A stretch of DNA of 64,000 nucleotides, taken from NCBI GenBank assembly GCA_951406725.2, contig OX597817.1, positions 104,284,001-104,348,000 on the forward strand. Direction: 5' to 3'. How positions within the stretch are numbered: position 1 is the first letter of the stretch; each line of letters begins with the position of its first letter. Positions 1 to 10,055 of the stretch are shown here, in pieces. Under the pieces are notes generated by a model, which was not told where the DNA came from, did no database searches, and saw only the letters and a program-made list of their open reading frames with translations. This stretch comes from Octopus vulgaris. Its lineage: Eukaryota. A program made the position numbers and the translations under genes.

Positions 1-344
1 TAAATTCCAAATTATTTCTCATACTTTTACTATAAATCATAAGCAACTCGTAAACATCTTAGTTTATATAATCCAGACTATGATAGATAACTGGTGATAC
101 ATAGGTAATTGTACATGCATAGTTTGTTTTATCTAAGTCCTTACTAAAGCTCTTCTCTCAGTAACTAGGCCTCTCTGTAAGAAATTAAAGATTTTTTTTC
201 TTTCTGAACTGAAGGAATTGCAGTTATATATAATATTTTTAAAACTTTGAAATATTGTAATAAGTTATCAGAAAGTTATGCGAGTACGTTTTTATCTATT
301 TATCATCGGCTACGTAGGCGAATAGAAGGAATAAAGAGGTCTGC

Positions 345-540
345 TGTGGACACAAAACCATATATTTGGTGGGTAGGGGGTAGTCGATTTTATCGACTCC
401 TTAGTACAAGTACTTACTTTTATCATTACGAGAACGATGAAAGGGGAAGTGGACTTTGGTGGGATTTAAACCCAGAACGTCAAGAATCGTTACTAAACAC
501 CACAAAACATGTTATACGACGCTTTCATGATTCTACCAGA
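345..540 (-). mobile_element. Degenerate tRNA-derived SINE (family A)
   Basis: gtcgattttatcgac...gatgaaaggggaagtggactttggtgggatttaaacccagaacgt resembles the cleaner copies at 43990-44368. Confidence 0.6.
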
Positions 541-1187
541 GGTAGACAGAAAAGAGAGTTTTAGCTATTGCTAACGGGAGAACGAGAGGGAGACAAAGCT
601 GTTACCAAAACAGAAAATGATAGAACAATACTTCAGGTATCACAATTCAAGATAGTAATGAGTAATTTGAAGATTTGGTTGCTATTTCTAGTAAGTTGAA
701 CGGCTATGTAACGGCTGCCTCGTTGACTTGAAATATGAAAGGTAAAATGATATTGTAGTAATTCGAGGAAGAAGAATAAAATCCAATGCAAATGGTCAAA
801 CACCAAGTCAACTAAGTCTCTCGACCCTATCTGAGACCAAGTACGAACCAACAAGACAACCGCTACATGGTATCTCTACTTGCTAGAAATAGACTTCGAA
901 TTACATCCTACCGTCTTAGAAAAACAGGTTCGATAATGGGATCCTGGGTTCCTTGTACATAAGAGAAATACAGGATGGGTCTGTTTAATCAGGGCTGATT
1001 TGGAATGAAACAGCAACAATAACCAAACAAAAGAAAATAACACGGAAGAAATGAAGATAAAGTAGAGAAAGAAAGAAAGAGAAAATGAAACCATAACCTG
1101 CCGCATCAATAAATCATACTATATTTGGTAATTGAGAGACATATGCTATACTGAGAGAGTGTGAACTCAGTTGACTCTCACACTTAC

Positions 1188-1232
1188 CTCCTTCGAATTA
1201 CCAAAAGTATATTTTAGACAACACTGGTGCCT
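1188..1232 (-). CDS. Candidate 45-nt internal host exon (RHQCCLKYTFGNSKE), product unknown
   Basis: Long pyrimidine tract plus cttcgcAG acceptor, and a consensus GAG|GTAAGT donor. Only the phase-0 frame is open. No protein family recognised. Confidence 0.45.
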
Positions 1233-1329
1233 CTGCGAAGATAGTAATAATAAGAACAGACAAAACAAAATAGCAAATAAATGTAACAACTCGGGCAGGG
1301 GGCGTATAAAACTGATACGAGATTAGCTT

Positions 1330-1500
1330 AAAAGCTGATGTTGCTGTGTTTACGTTCACATAACTTAGCAGTTCGGTAAAAGAGGCCAATAAAACGTAAC
1401 AGGCATAAAAAAGAAAGAACTTGTATCGATTTATTCGATTAAAATTCTTGATGGCGGTGCCCCAGTTTGGCCGCAGCCAGATGATTGAAAAAGATATAAG
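1330..1500 (+). mobile_element. 3' remnant of SINE family B
   Basis: taacttagcagttcggtaaaagag...ggcggtgcccagtttggccgcag matches 27880-28020. Confidence 0.6.
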
Positions 1501-1767
1501 AACCACTAAATTCTTTAAATCTAAAGGAGGTAATTCTTGTACTATGGCATTGAAACCTTTCACAGTCGCTTTACCTGCTAGAAATAGAACCCAAATGCTT
1601 TAAAATCACATCTCAATGCTAGATGTTCAAGAACCAAATGAAGGGCAGATTTTTTCAGTCCCGGGACCATCCTGATTCCAAAAAAGGTATAATATGTCTA
1701 TGTAAAGCAAATGTAGACTGAGATACAGCAGTCCCAGACGGACAGATAGAATTTTGCTTTTATTGAT

Positions 1768-1877
1768 ATAGAAGAAAAGTGACAGTGACTTTGACGTTAC
1801 GGCCTGCTAGCCTTTATCAGATTGTAGCTAGAAGGCTAGCTGGTCGAAAATTCGAAGTCACTGCCATCCTTCTTGTA
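1768..1877. repeat. Imperfect palindrome, probable MITE remnant
   Basis: gacagtgactttga..ggcctgctagccttt versus aaggctagctggtcg..tcgaagtcactgcc. Confidence 0.55.
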
Positions 1878-2088
1878 AAAATTTGATAAGCATATATATA
1901 TATATAGTCTACAAAAAAGTATTGAGTAATTCTTCAATTCTATGATAAGTTGTTTCCCTACAACTTGTCATAACAATTATATATGTATAATGGACCATAA
2001 ACAAAACTTGACTTAAATAGGATTTAGATAATCTGACTAATATCTAAGTCGAAACATATCTAAGTTTTATCTAAGTTTTAAGTTTTTA

Positions 2089-2099
2089 TATATATACAG

Positions 2100-2159
<60 letters not shown>

Positions 2160-2166
2160 GTGTATA

Positions 2167-2218
<52 letters not shown>
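2089..2218. repeat. (TA)n microsatellite abutting the left end of the PLE
   Basis: Direct reading. Confidence 0.95.
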
Positions 2219-2220
<2 letters not shown>

Positions 2221-2259
2221 TAAATGAAAAATGGAGTTGAACGACTAGTTAACAAATAT

Positions 2260-2354
2260 CCTTTATTCTCGACATATGTTTCGAAGGCTGCATATTCCTA
2301 ATTCCGAAGGAATAAGGAATACATTATGTAGATTTCTCATCAGGAAAATCAAGG
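2260..2354 (-). ncRNA. Type I minimal hammerhead ribozyme, intact core, long stem II (SECIS-like)
   Basis: Minus strand: ccttgattttc-CTGATGA-gaaatctacat aatgt attccttattcc ttc ggaattaggaat atgcagccttc-GAAACATATGTC-gagaataaagg. Stem I pairs 10/11; stem III is the palindrome ACATATGT. Confidence 0.85.
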
Positions 2355-2910
2355 AACTTATGTCGGCATCAAAATGCACAAAAAACTTTTAGCTGACCGC
2401 TCTCAAGGACCCTATGGCGATAATGAGTGTCTCTTTATAATGAGTGACGTCAGAGTGGCTGAATGTAGAAGAATCTAGAAGTTTCTAAAGGTTCAAGAGT
2501 TCAAACGAAGTAGGAGGAGGGAGGCATAAGAATAGTAAGGTGAGAGAGTGCAGGTCAATAGAATGGTGGGTTTAAATGATTTCTTTTGTGAATGAGTGCC
2601 TGTGTGTGTGACTATATATAACTGTCTTAATGTGTGTATGTGTGTGTCTGAATGCGTGATTGTGTTTGTGGATGGGTAGATGTCAGAAAACTGACAGCTG
2701 TGAGTTGAAAGGTCTGTATTTGTGTGTTCGATTATGTTTACTGTAGGGAAAGGAAATTAGATAGCGAAAGGGAGAAAGAATCGGGCGAGGTGAGAGGCAA
2801 CGCAAGAATGGATAGTAGTAATTGGGAATATAAGAAAATCTTTTTTGACTATTGGGGTGAAATATAGCAAAAATGTTTTGGGGAAATCGAGGGGTTATCT
2901 ATATTAGTCA

Positions 2911-4099
2911 CTATTTATATGAATGAAAGGTGTGTCTTTTCCAGTGTAATCACCTGTATGAATTTTCGACGATTGTGTTTATTAAAGGGCCTTTGGCGAA
3001 CAAAATATGAAAAAGTTCGGAATTACAGATGCCACAAAATTTTCTGCCTTTATCAAACGGGAAGGACACCGACAAAATGGACCATTCGAGCTTGAACGTA
3101 GTGTTATTGTTCTTCAGACGACAGACTAATTTGCTTAGCCCCGTGCTGTGTTGCTTTCTCTTATCTCTGAAAGTGGAATAATGGTTGGAGATCCTTTGGG
3201 CTAATTTAGAAGAGGTTGCGCCAATATAGAAGTAGACATCGGTTCCAGAAGGGATTTTGCATTGGTAAGTGGTGTTTCTAATTTTGTAATTTTTGGATAA
3301 GAACTTTAATCTGTTGGGGTTGGTTTCCGATACTAAGACAGAGTTTTTATTGTTGTGATAAGTGTAAAAATTGTTGCTGGCTTTGGCCACGATACTATTC
3401 ATCTTATTATCATTACTATTAGTTATAATATCGTCGGCAAATGCCCTGGCTATAGGAATGCTGCGATTGTTATCATCAATAATATAACTGTTATTAAGAA
3501 TGCTGGTAGTATTACCACTAACACCACCACTGTTAATAATCTGGCTAATGTTATTATCATTATTACTATTGCTAACGCTAATGCTGCTATGAATGTTGCT
3601 AATATCCATACTACTTCTATTATTATTATTATTGTATGTTACGTTGGAATGGGTAAGGGCGGTGTCGCTACTCATGGGTGGAGAGACCCTATTTAGCAGC
3701 TTATTATTGTGGGAAGCTATTATCTGCGAAATATTTTTAGTATTTGAGAATGCTATTCTTACTTTATGCGAATTTATAGTGGAGTAGTATCTAGAATTCC
3801 TAGGAAAATTCTTAGTAACGGCTTCACGGAATTGTAAAGGAGATTAGACCTGATTTGTCTCCCGAAAGGAATCACAAACCGGATATAGTTTTTTTTGTTC
3901 TTGGAATGGCTGAGAGTGCTGACATTTACATTAAAGGGTATATTTCTGTGTTGTAGAATGGGTTTAGGTTTACGCTGGCCTCCCCTGGTCCGTAAGTTAT
4001 TATTGTAAAATATATTTGTGTCGACGTTGCTAGAGCTGAACTCACTATTTATTTTATTTATATTATTATTAGAAGTTATCTTATCTTGATGGGCAGATA
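2911..4099 (-). pseudogene. PLE linker plus GIY-YIG endonuclease (inverted arm); TGA at 2950-2952, next in-frame stop TAG at 2911-2913
   Basis: TTYQCKI..FYIGATSSKLAQRISNHYSTF..TGLSKLVCRLK..W.I..CGICNSELFHI..LIN..ENSYR*LHWKRHTFHSYK*. Confidence 0.85.
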
Positions 4100-4104
4100 C
4101 CATC

Positions 4105-5737
4105 GTGCTCAATAAGGCCCTATGGCACGCACATAACAAGGCAGGGTTGACAATGGAGGAAATTAATATAATTCTAGCCGCTAGAAAATCCTTCATTCAA
4201 TTCGATGATAAGTTATGGGTCCGTAAGGATACTCCCAACGCGTTCGATGTGCCAATGGGAAGCTCAGATAGCGCCCAGGTAGCCAATTTGGTCGGAATCT
4301 ATATTCTATATGAATTAGCCGACCAATTCCCGGACATCTGCGGCGGTCTGTATCGAGACGATTGTCTTTTTTACCTACAGAATGCCCCTAACAGTAGGAT
4401 ACAGAAGACTAAAAATAGATTAGTTAGATTTTTCAGCAGGATGGGCATGAGCATAATTTTTGACAACGAACTAACTAAGGCCAATTTCTTAGATGTTACC
4501 CTAAATTTGCATAATAATTCTTACTTCCCTTACCATAAGCCGTCTACGAACCTAAAATATGTCAGTATTTTCAGTAACCATGCAAAAACTATCACCGATA
4601 ATTTGGTTAAAAATATATCCTTAAGACTATCTAAGTTATCAGCAAATGTCGACATTTTTAAACAGAAAGCAGAATTTTATAATGCCGCCTTGTCAAAGGC
4701 CGGTTATAGGGATAAGGTATCATATATCGATCCGGCCCATCCTAAACTAATATCTGCCCATCAAGATAAGATAACTTCTAATAATAATATAAATAACATA
4801 AATAGTGATTTCAGCTCTAGCAACGTCGACACAAATATATTTTACAATAATAACTTACGGACCAGGGAAGGCCAGCGTAAACCTAAACCCATTCTACAAC
4901 ACAGAAATATACCCTTTAATGTAAATGTCAACACTCTCAGCCATTCCAAGAACAAAAAAAAACTATATCTGGTTTGTGATTCCTTTCAGGAGACAAATCA
5001 GATCTAATCTCCCTTTACAATTCCGTGAAGCCGTTACTAAGAATTTTCCTAGGAATTCTAGATACTACTCCACTATAAATTCGCATAAAGTAAGAATAGC
5101 ATTCTCAAATACTAAAAATCTTTCGCAGATAATAGCTTCCCACAATAATAAGCTGCTAAATAGGGTCTCTCCACCCATGAGTAGCGACACCGCCCTTACC
5201 CATTCCAACGTAATGCCGACGATATTATAACTAATAGTAATGATAATAAGACGAATAGTATCGTGGCCAAAGCCAGCAACAATTTTTACACCTATCACAA
5301 CAATAAAAACTCTGTCTTAGTATCGGAAACCAACCCCAACAGATTAAAGTTCTTATCCAAAAATTCCAAAATTAGAAACACCACTTACCAATGCAAAATC
5401 TCTTCTGGAAACGATGTCTACTTCTATATTGGCGCAACCTCTTCTAAATTAGCCCAAAGGATCTCCAACCATTATTCCACTTTCAGAGATAAGAGAAAGC
5501 AACACAGCACGGGACTAAGCAAATTAGTCTGTCGTCTGAAGAACAATAACACTACGTTCAAGCTCGAATGGTCCATTTTGTCGGTGTCCTTCCCGTTTGA
5601 TAAAAGCAGAAAATTGCATCTGTAATTCCGAACTTTTTCATATTTTGTTCGCCAAAGGCCCTTTAATAAACACAATCGTCGAAAGATCCTACAGGTGATT
5701 ACACTGGAAAAGACACACCTTTCATTCATATAAATAG
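4105..5737 (+). pseudogene. PLE RT C-terminal half, thumb, linker and GIY-YIG endonuclease, frameshifted
   Basis: FDVPMGSSDSAQVANLVG, GLYRDD, NFLDVTLNL, PYHKP, YV..SNH, IWFVIPF, FYIGAT..R..NH. Lesions: A-run slip near 4955, ~200-bp deletion near 5212, 5-nt deletion near 5615. TGA at 5696-5698. Confidence 0.9.
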
Positions 5738-6292
5738 TGACTAATATAGATAACCCCTCGATTTCCCCAAAACATTTTTGGTATATTTCACCCCAATAGT
5801 CAAAAAAGATTTTCTTATATTCCCAATTACTACTATCCATTCTTGCGTTGCCTCTCACCTCGCCCGATTCTTTCTCCCTTTCGCTATCTACTTTCCTTTC
5901 CCTACAGTAAACATAATCGAACACACAGATACAGACCTTTCAACTCACAGCTGTCAGTTTTCTGACATCTACCCATCCACAAACACAATCACGCATTCAG
6001 ACACACACATACACACATTAAGACAGTTATATACAGTCACACACACAGCACTCATTCACAAAAGAAATCATTTAAACCCACCATTCTATTGACCTGCACT
6101 CTCTCACCTTACTATTCTTATGCATCCCTCCTCCTACTTCGTTTGAACTCTTGAACCTTTAGAAACTTCTAGATTCTTCTACATTCAGCCACTCTGACGT
6201 CACTCATTATAAAGAGACACTCATTATCGCCATGGGCTCCTTGAGAGCGGTCAGCTAAAAGTCTTTTGTGCATTTTGATACCGACATAAGTT

Positions 6293-6387
6293 CCTTGATT
6301 TTCTTGATGAGAAATCTGCATAATGTACTCCTTATTCCTTCGGAATTAGGAATATGCAGCCTTCGAAACATATGTCGAGAATAAAGG
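6293..6387 (+). ncRNA. Hammerhead/SECIS-like structure (core C3>U variant)
   Basis: ccttgattttc-TTGATGA-gaaatctgcat AA tgtactccttattccttcggaattaggaat atgcagccttc-GAAACATATGTC-gagaataaagg; predicted cleavage after 6376. Confidence 0.8.
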
Positions 6388-6585
6388 ATATTTGTTAACT
6401 AGTCGTTCAACTCCATTCTTTCATTCACTTATAATTTTAAAATAAACATACAAATTTCCGCACGAAGACACGTAGTCTATGCCCTAGGGACGTAGCTTCA
6501 ACCGTGTTCTTTCTGATGTGAATTTGCTACTCAGGTATCGGTTATCTTTCGAATTATCCTTAAAAAGATAATTCATTCAATTACT

Positions 6586-6645
<60 letters not shown>

Positions 6646-6646
<1 letters not shown>

Positions 6647-7227
6647 CCAAGATGGGGTGGTTAATATGCATTATGTTATATTTGTGTGAAAAATCCTAAA
6701 TGTTAGATTTTACTCTTATCACCTGAAGAAAACGGGGAGGGTTTTTACATGATGTAATAGTTTTGTTCATCAAAAAAGAAAATTTCTGAAACAGCTGTAA
6801 TGAACCTCAACCCATCTGTGTTATTGTTTATACTTCACAACACACGGAACATTCCCTGCGTTGGATCTTGAGTTTATAGTCGACTGTGAAATAAGCGCCG
6901 GGGTGTACGCCTGTTTGACTTTGCGTAAACGTCGTGTATTGGGTCAATACTTGTAAATGTATATACGACTGGAGGAGCAAATCCGTATTTTGTGTATGTT
7001 CTTACACATTGTTAGTGCATAGATGCGATATCGCCGACTCTACCTTGATAATTCAACAGAACAGGAGGAGACACGTGAGATGGAAGAGTCACTGAAGAGG
7101 TCACAGTTGTGTGACGAAAGATTTCCAGACAATGAACATAAGATAAAATAAGAACAACAATAAACGAGTGAAGAACGAATACAGCGTGCGTGTATTTAGT
7201 TGGCAAGAAAGATGACCATCCGAAATA

Positions 7228-7230
<3 letters not shown>
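6646..7230 (+). mobile_element. Non-coding PLE-derived unit between (TA)n tracts, with hammerhead-like motif at 6718-6803
   Basis: CTGAAGA at 6723-6729 and GAAACAGCTGTA at 6788-6799; stem I and stem II pair weakly; TA repeats on both sides. Confidence 0.5.
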
Positions 7231-7280
<50 letters not shown>

Positions 7281-7283
<3 letters not shown>

Positions 7284-8375
7284 GTTAAAGAGGATAGCAA
7301 ACGCTAAGGTACGACAAGCATCTCAAGTCATATTCGTTATTATTATTGGAAAAATGTTATGTCTTACAGCTGTTTCTGAGATATCTCAAAGTATGGGATA
7401 TTCCGTCATCGGAGACAAATAGGGAAAATGTGAAGGGTGTAGATAAATGAAACGATGACAGAGGACAGGAGAAAATGAATAAAGAAATGAAGAAAAAGAA
7501 GCATAAAAGTTCACAGTTCAACTTTCCGATAGTGTAGATGTTAGTTCATAAGTCCTTAGGTCAATCCTGTGTAAATCTATGTGTTTAATAGAGTAAATAT
7601 CCAGAGGTAAACGCGAACGTATCAAAGGTTCGTAAGAGAATGATAGTGGAGGTGGTTATTAAGGGATAAAGAGAAAGAAAAATAAATTAAAAGAGAGGAA
7701 AGTATTGGTGCGGAAGCGGGAGGTACAGAAAGTTTAGGAGGAAAGCAAGAATTGGTATGAAGGATAAAATAAGGTATATAAAAATAAGTACAAAAATAAA
7801 CAAGAAAATAAATACATAAGGGTAAATAAGGAGAGAGGAGGAGGAGGAGGCAGTAAAGGAAGATAACGTAAACAATACAAGATAAAATAAAATGAAAGGG
7901 ATTCGATGAGAATAGTAGGTGCCAGTGCTATTCTTCTAGTTTGTAAAGGTTGGGGAAGAAATCTAGTAGTAAGTGTTTGTGTCCGTTTTATGGCTGAGGT
8001 CAGTGGCTTTAGAAATATTTTTAACTATGGAGAGTGAGTGTGTAGGTAGTCGGGAATGGAGAAACCAGTTGAATGTTAAATTATTTAGGAATAAGAGTTA
8101 CAACTAAATATTAGGGTATTTAATAGGTTAAGGTTTAAAAATAAATCAAAGAATTAACAGTTATCTTTTAAGGTACTAATGTTGATAGAAGAGATATATA
8201 AGGGCATGTATTAGCGACCATGGAGGTATGTACGTGAGTGTTATGTGTGGGGGATAAGTTTACATTTGGATCTATGGTTCCATAACTCCCGTCTCGGCTA
8301 TGACCTTGGAGCCATGGTAATCCGTTGCACCACTTATCCAGCGTACCCTAGTCGTTTAGATCACCTGCGATATAA
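7281..8375 (-). mobile_element. PLE-derived 3' region/pLTR unit between (TA)n tracts
   Basis: Hammerhead near its minus-strand 3' end, same layout as the large PLE arms; TA flanks. Confidence 0.55.
7360..7417 (-). ncRNA. Minimal hammerhead (core CCGATGA, U4>C)
   Basis: tgtct-CCGATGA-cggaatatccca tactt tgagatatctca-GAAACAGCTGTA-agaca; stem I perfect; palindromic stem III. Confidence 0.75.
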
Positions 8376-8428
8376 ACATATATATATATATTTTGTATAT
8401 ATATATTTATATATATATATATATATAT

Positions 8429-8680
8429 TGCGTCTCACGTTTGATCTTTGACTTCTGGCCGAAATCAGATCGCCATGTTGATTTGCTAGCCTCTGCACGC
8501 ATTTTTTTTTCTCTCCTTGTTTCTCTCCGTGTTTCTTTTCTGTGTATCTTTCTATTGAAGAGCGTAGGCTCGAAACGTAAAAGATTTGTTTTATTTATAT
8601 TCCTGAGCGCCATACTAATACAATTGTTTGTTTGTATTCCACCTGCATTCGTCTTTTGTTTATTTTCATAAAGCTTCCCG

Positions 8681-8681
<1 letters not shown>
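8429..8681 (+). mobile_element. Solo pLTR-like fragment related to the 3' end of the Neptune-like PLE at 18130-18305
   Basis: Shares cgccat..., ttgaaga.cgta..ctcgaaacgtaaaagattt, ..gagcg.ca.actaataca and cacctg with 18140-18305. Confidence 0.65.
8546..8585 (+). ncRNA. Degenerate minimal hammerhead
   Basis: atcttt-CTATTGA-a-GAGC gtag GCTC-GAAACGTA-aaagat; stems I and II perfect, core deviant. Confidence 0.6.
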
Positions 8682-8758
<77 letters not shown>

Positions 8759-8933
8759 GTTTAAATATTTGTTGTGCAAGATTTTTTATGTGAAGTCGTG
8801 TGTTGAAACAGATATCGTTATATTTCGGAATGGTCATATTGCCAGTTTAGCCAATAAAAACACACGCACTATATATTTGGTGCTATTTTGCTTCAGTGAT
8901 ATTTATTTTTTACATTAATCTTAATCTTATTTC

Positions 8934-8978
8934 GGCCAAAGTTCTTTCGTCACACTCCTGTGACCGCATCAGTGGTCC
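8934..8978 (-). ncRNA. Variant hammerhead-like motif (core CUGAUGCG)
   Basis: Reverse complement of 9580-9624. Confidence 0.6.
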
Positions 8979-9333
8979 TTTGTTTTCTTCTCACTTATTT
9001 GTGTCTCTCCTTACTAACCGTCAGCCATTTTGTATTTCTATTGTATGTCTTCATTTGCGCATGCTTATATCTCTATGTGCGTCTATGTTTATTTAGTGTG
9101 TGTGTGGGGGGGATGCCTGTAATATTTGTATCTTCTGTTTATATACATTCTTGTAATTTGTATTTTGTTTTTGTTGTTGTTGCTTTTGTTCTAATTTTGT
9201 TCATGTGTTTACATCCACCCATTATTATCATTACATATGCTTGTATGTATGTATAAAAACAATATTAGTAATAATAATAATAAATCTAATCGAAAAAAAA
9301 AAAAAATATATATATATACACACATATATACAC

Positions 9334-9374
<41 letters not shown>

Positions 9375-9579
9375 TACATAGATATATATACATATATATA
9401 GTTATTCATTTCTATTTCTTTAATTATCTGTGTATTTATTATGTTTGCAGGATCCACTATCGTCATATGTTGTGGCGTGTGCTAGAGATATAACCATGCG
9501 CAAATGAAGACATACAATAGAAATACAAAATGGCTGACGGTTAGTAAGGAGAGACACAAATAAGTGAGAAGAAAACAAA

Positions 9580-9624
9580 GGACCACTGATGCGGTCACAG
9601 GAGTGTGACGAAAGAACTTTGGCC
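9580..9624 (+). ncRNA. Variant hammerhead-like motif (core CUGAUGCG)
   Basis: ggacca-CTGATGCG-GTCACA ggag TGTGAC-GAAAG aa CTT-tggcc. Confidence 0.6.
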
Positions 9625-9740
9625 GAAATAAGATTAAGATTAATGTAAAAAATAAATATCACTGAAGCAAAATAACACCAAATATATAGTGCGTGTGTTT
9701 TTATTGGCTAAACTGGCAATATGACCATTCCGAAATATAA

Positions 9741-9800
<60 letters not shown>

Positions 9801-10055
9801 CATATGTATAGTCAGTTTCATGATGAAAAATGAAGCATAGAAAGACAAGGTACAAGGATTAGCTCAAAGCTTTCCTGAAAGTGACGAGGGTTCCCGCAGA
9901 AATATTTCTCATTCAATCCATCTTTGGCAAAATGGAATATATGCTATGTTTTGGAACGGAGAAAAAAATTTGTGTAGAAAATCACGATAACATTGAACTT
10001 TTAGTGGGGCAATCATAACACGACATACACGACGTGTGTTTGCTATTAACAAATA

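Larger units (their letters stand above)
2215..6588. mobile_element. 5'-truncated Penelope-like retroelement (C-terminal GIY-YIG, Hydra-clade-like) with inverted duplication, inserted in (TA)n
   Basis: Arm 2215-4099 is the reverse complement of 4751-6433. It carries RT and GIY-YIG motifs, a hammerhead in each 3' region, and (TA)n on both flanks. Confidence 0.9.
8757..9746. mobile_element. Inverted-duplicated non-coding PLE-like unit (264-bp arms 8812-9075 and 9483-9746) in (TA)n
   Basis: Arms are near-identical reverse complements, each with a hammerhead-like motif; same tail-out geometry as the large PLE. Confidence 0.75.

Noticed and set aside
1198-1563. 121-aa hydrophobic ORF resembling a membrane protein
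   Set aside because: Runs antisense through a SINE B remnant and a pyrimidine tract; no ATG start; AT-rich artefact.
2003-2068. Hammerhead-like fold (10-bp stem, GAAACATATC, aaaactt/aagtttt)
   Set aside because: No recognisable CUGANGA core; counted only as a weak remnant.
5738-5800. GTGA-11 nt-AA immediately after the PLE stop as an alternative SECIS
   Set aside because: No matching 3' helix ending in GA, and it is very close to the UGA.
2215-6588. Assignment to the Naiad clade because of the putative Sec
   Set aside because: Naiads have an N-terminal endonuclease and lack canonical hammerheads; this element has a C-terminal endonuclease and a hammerhead.
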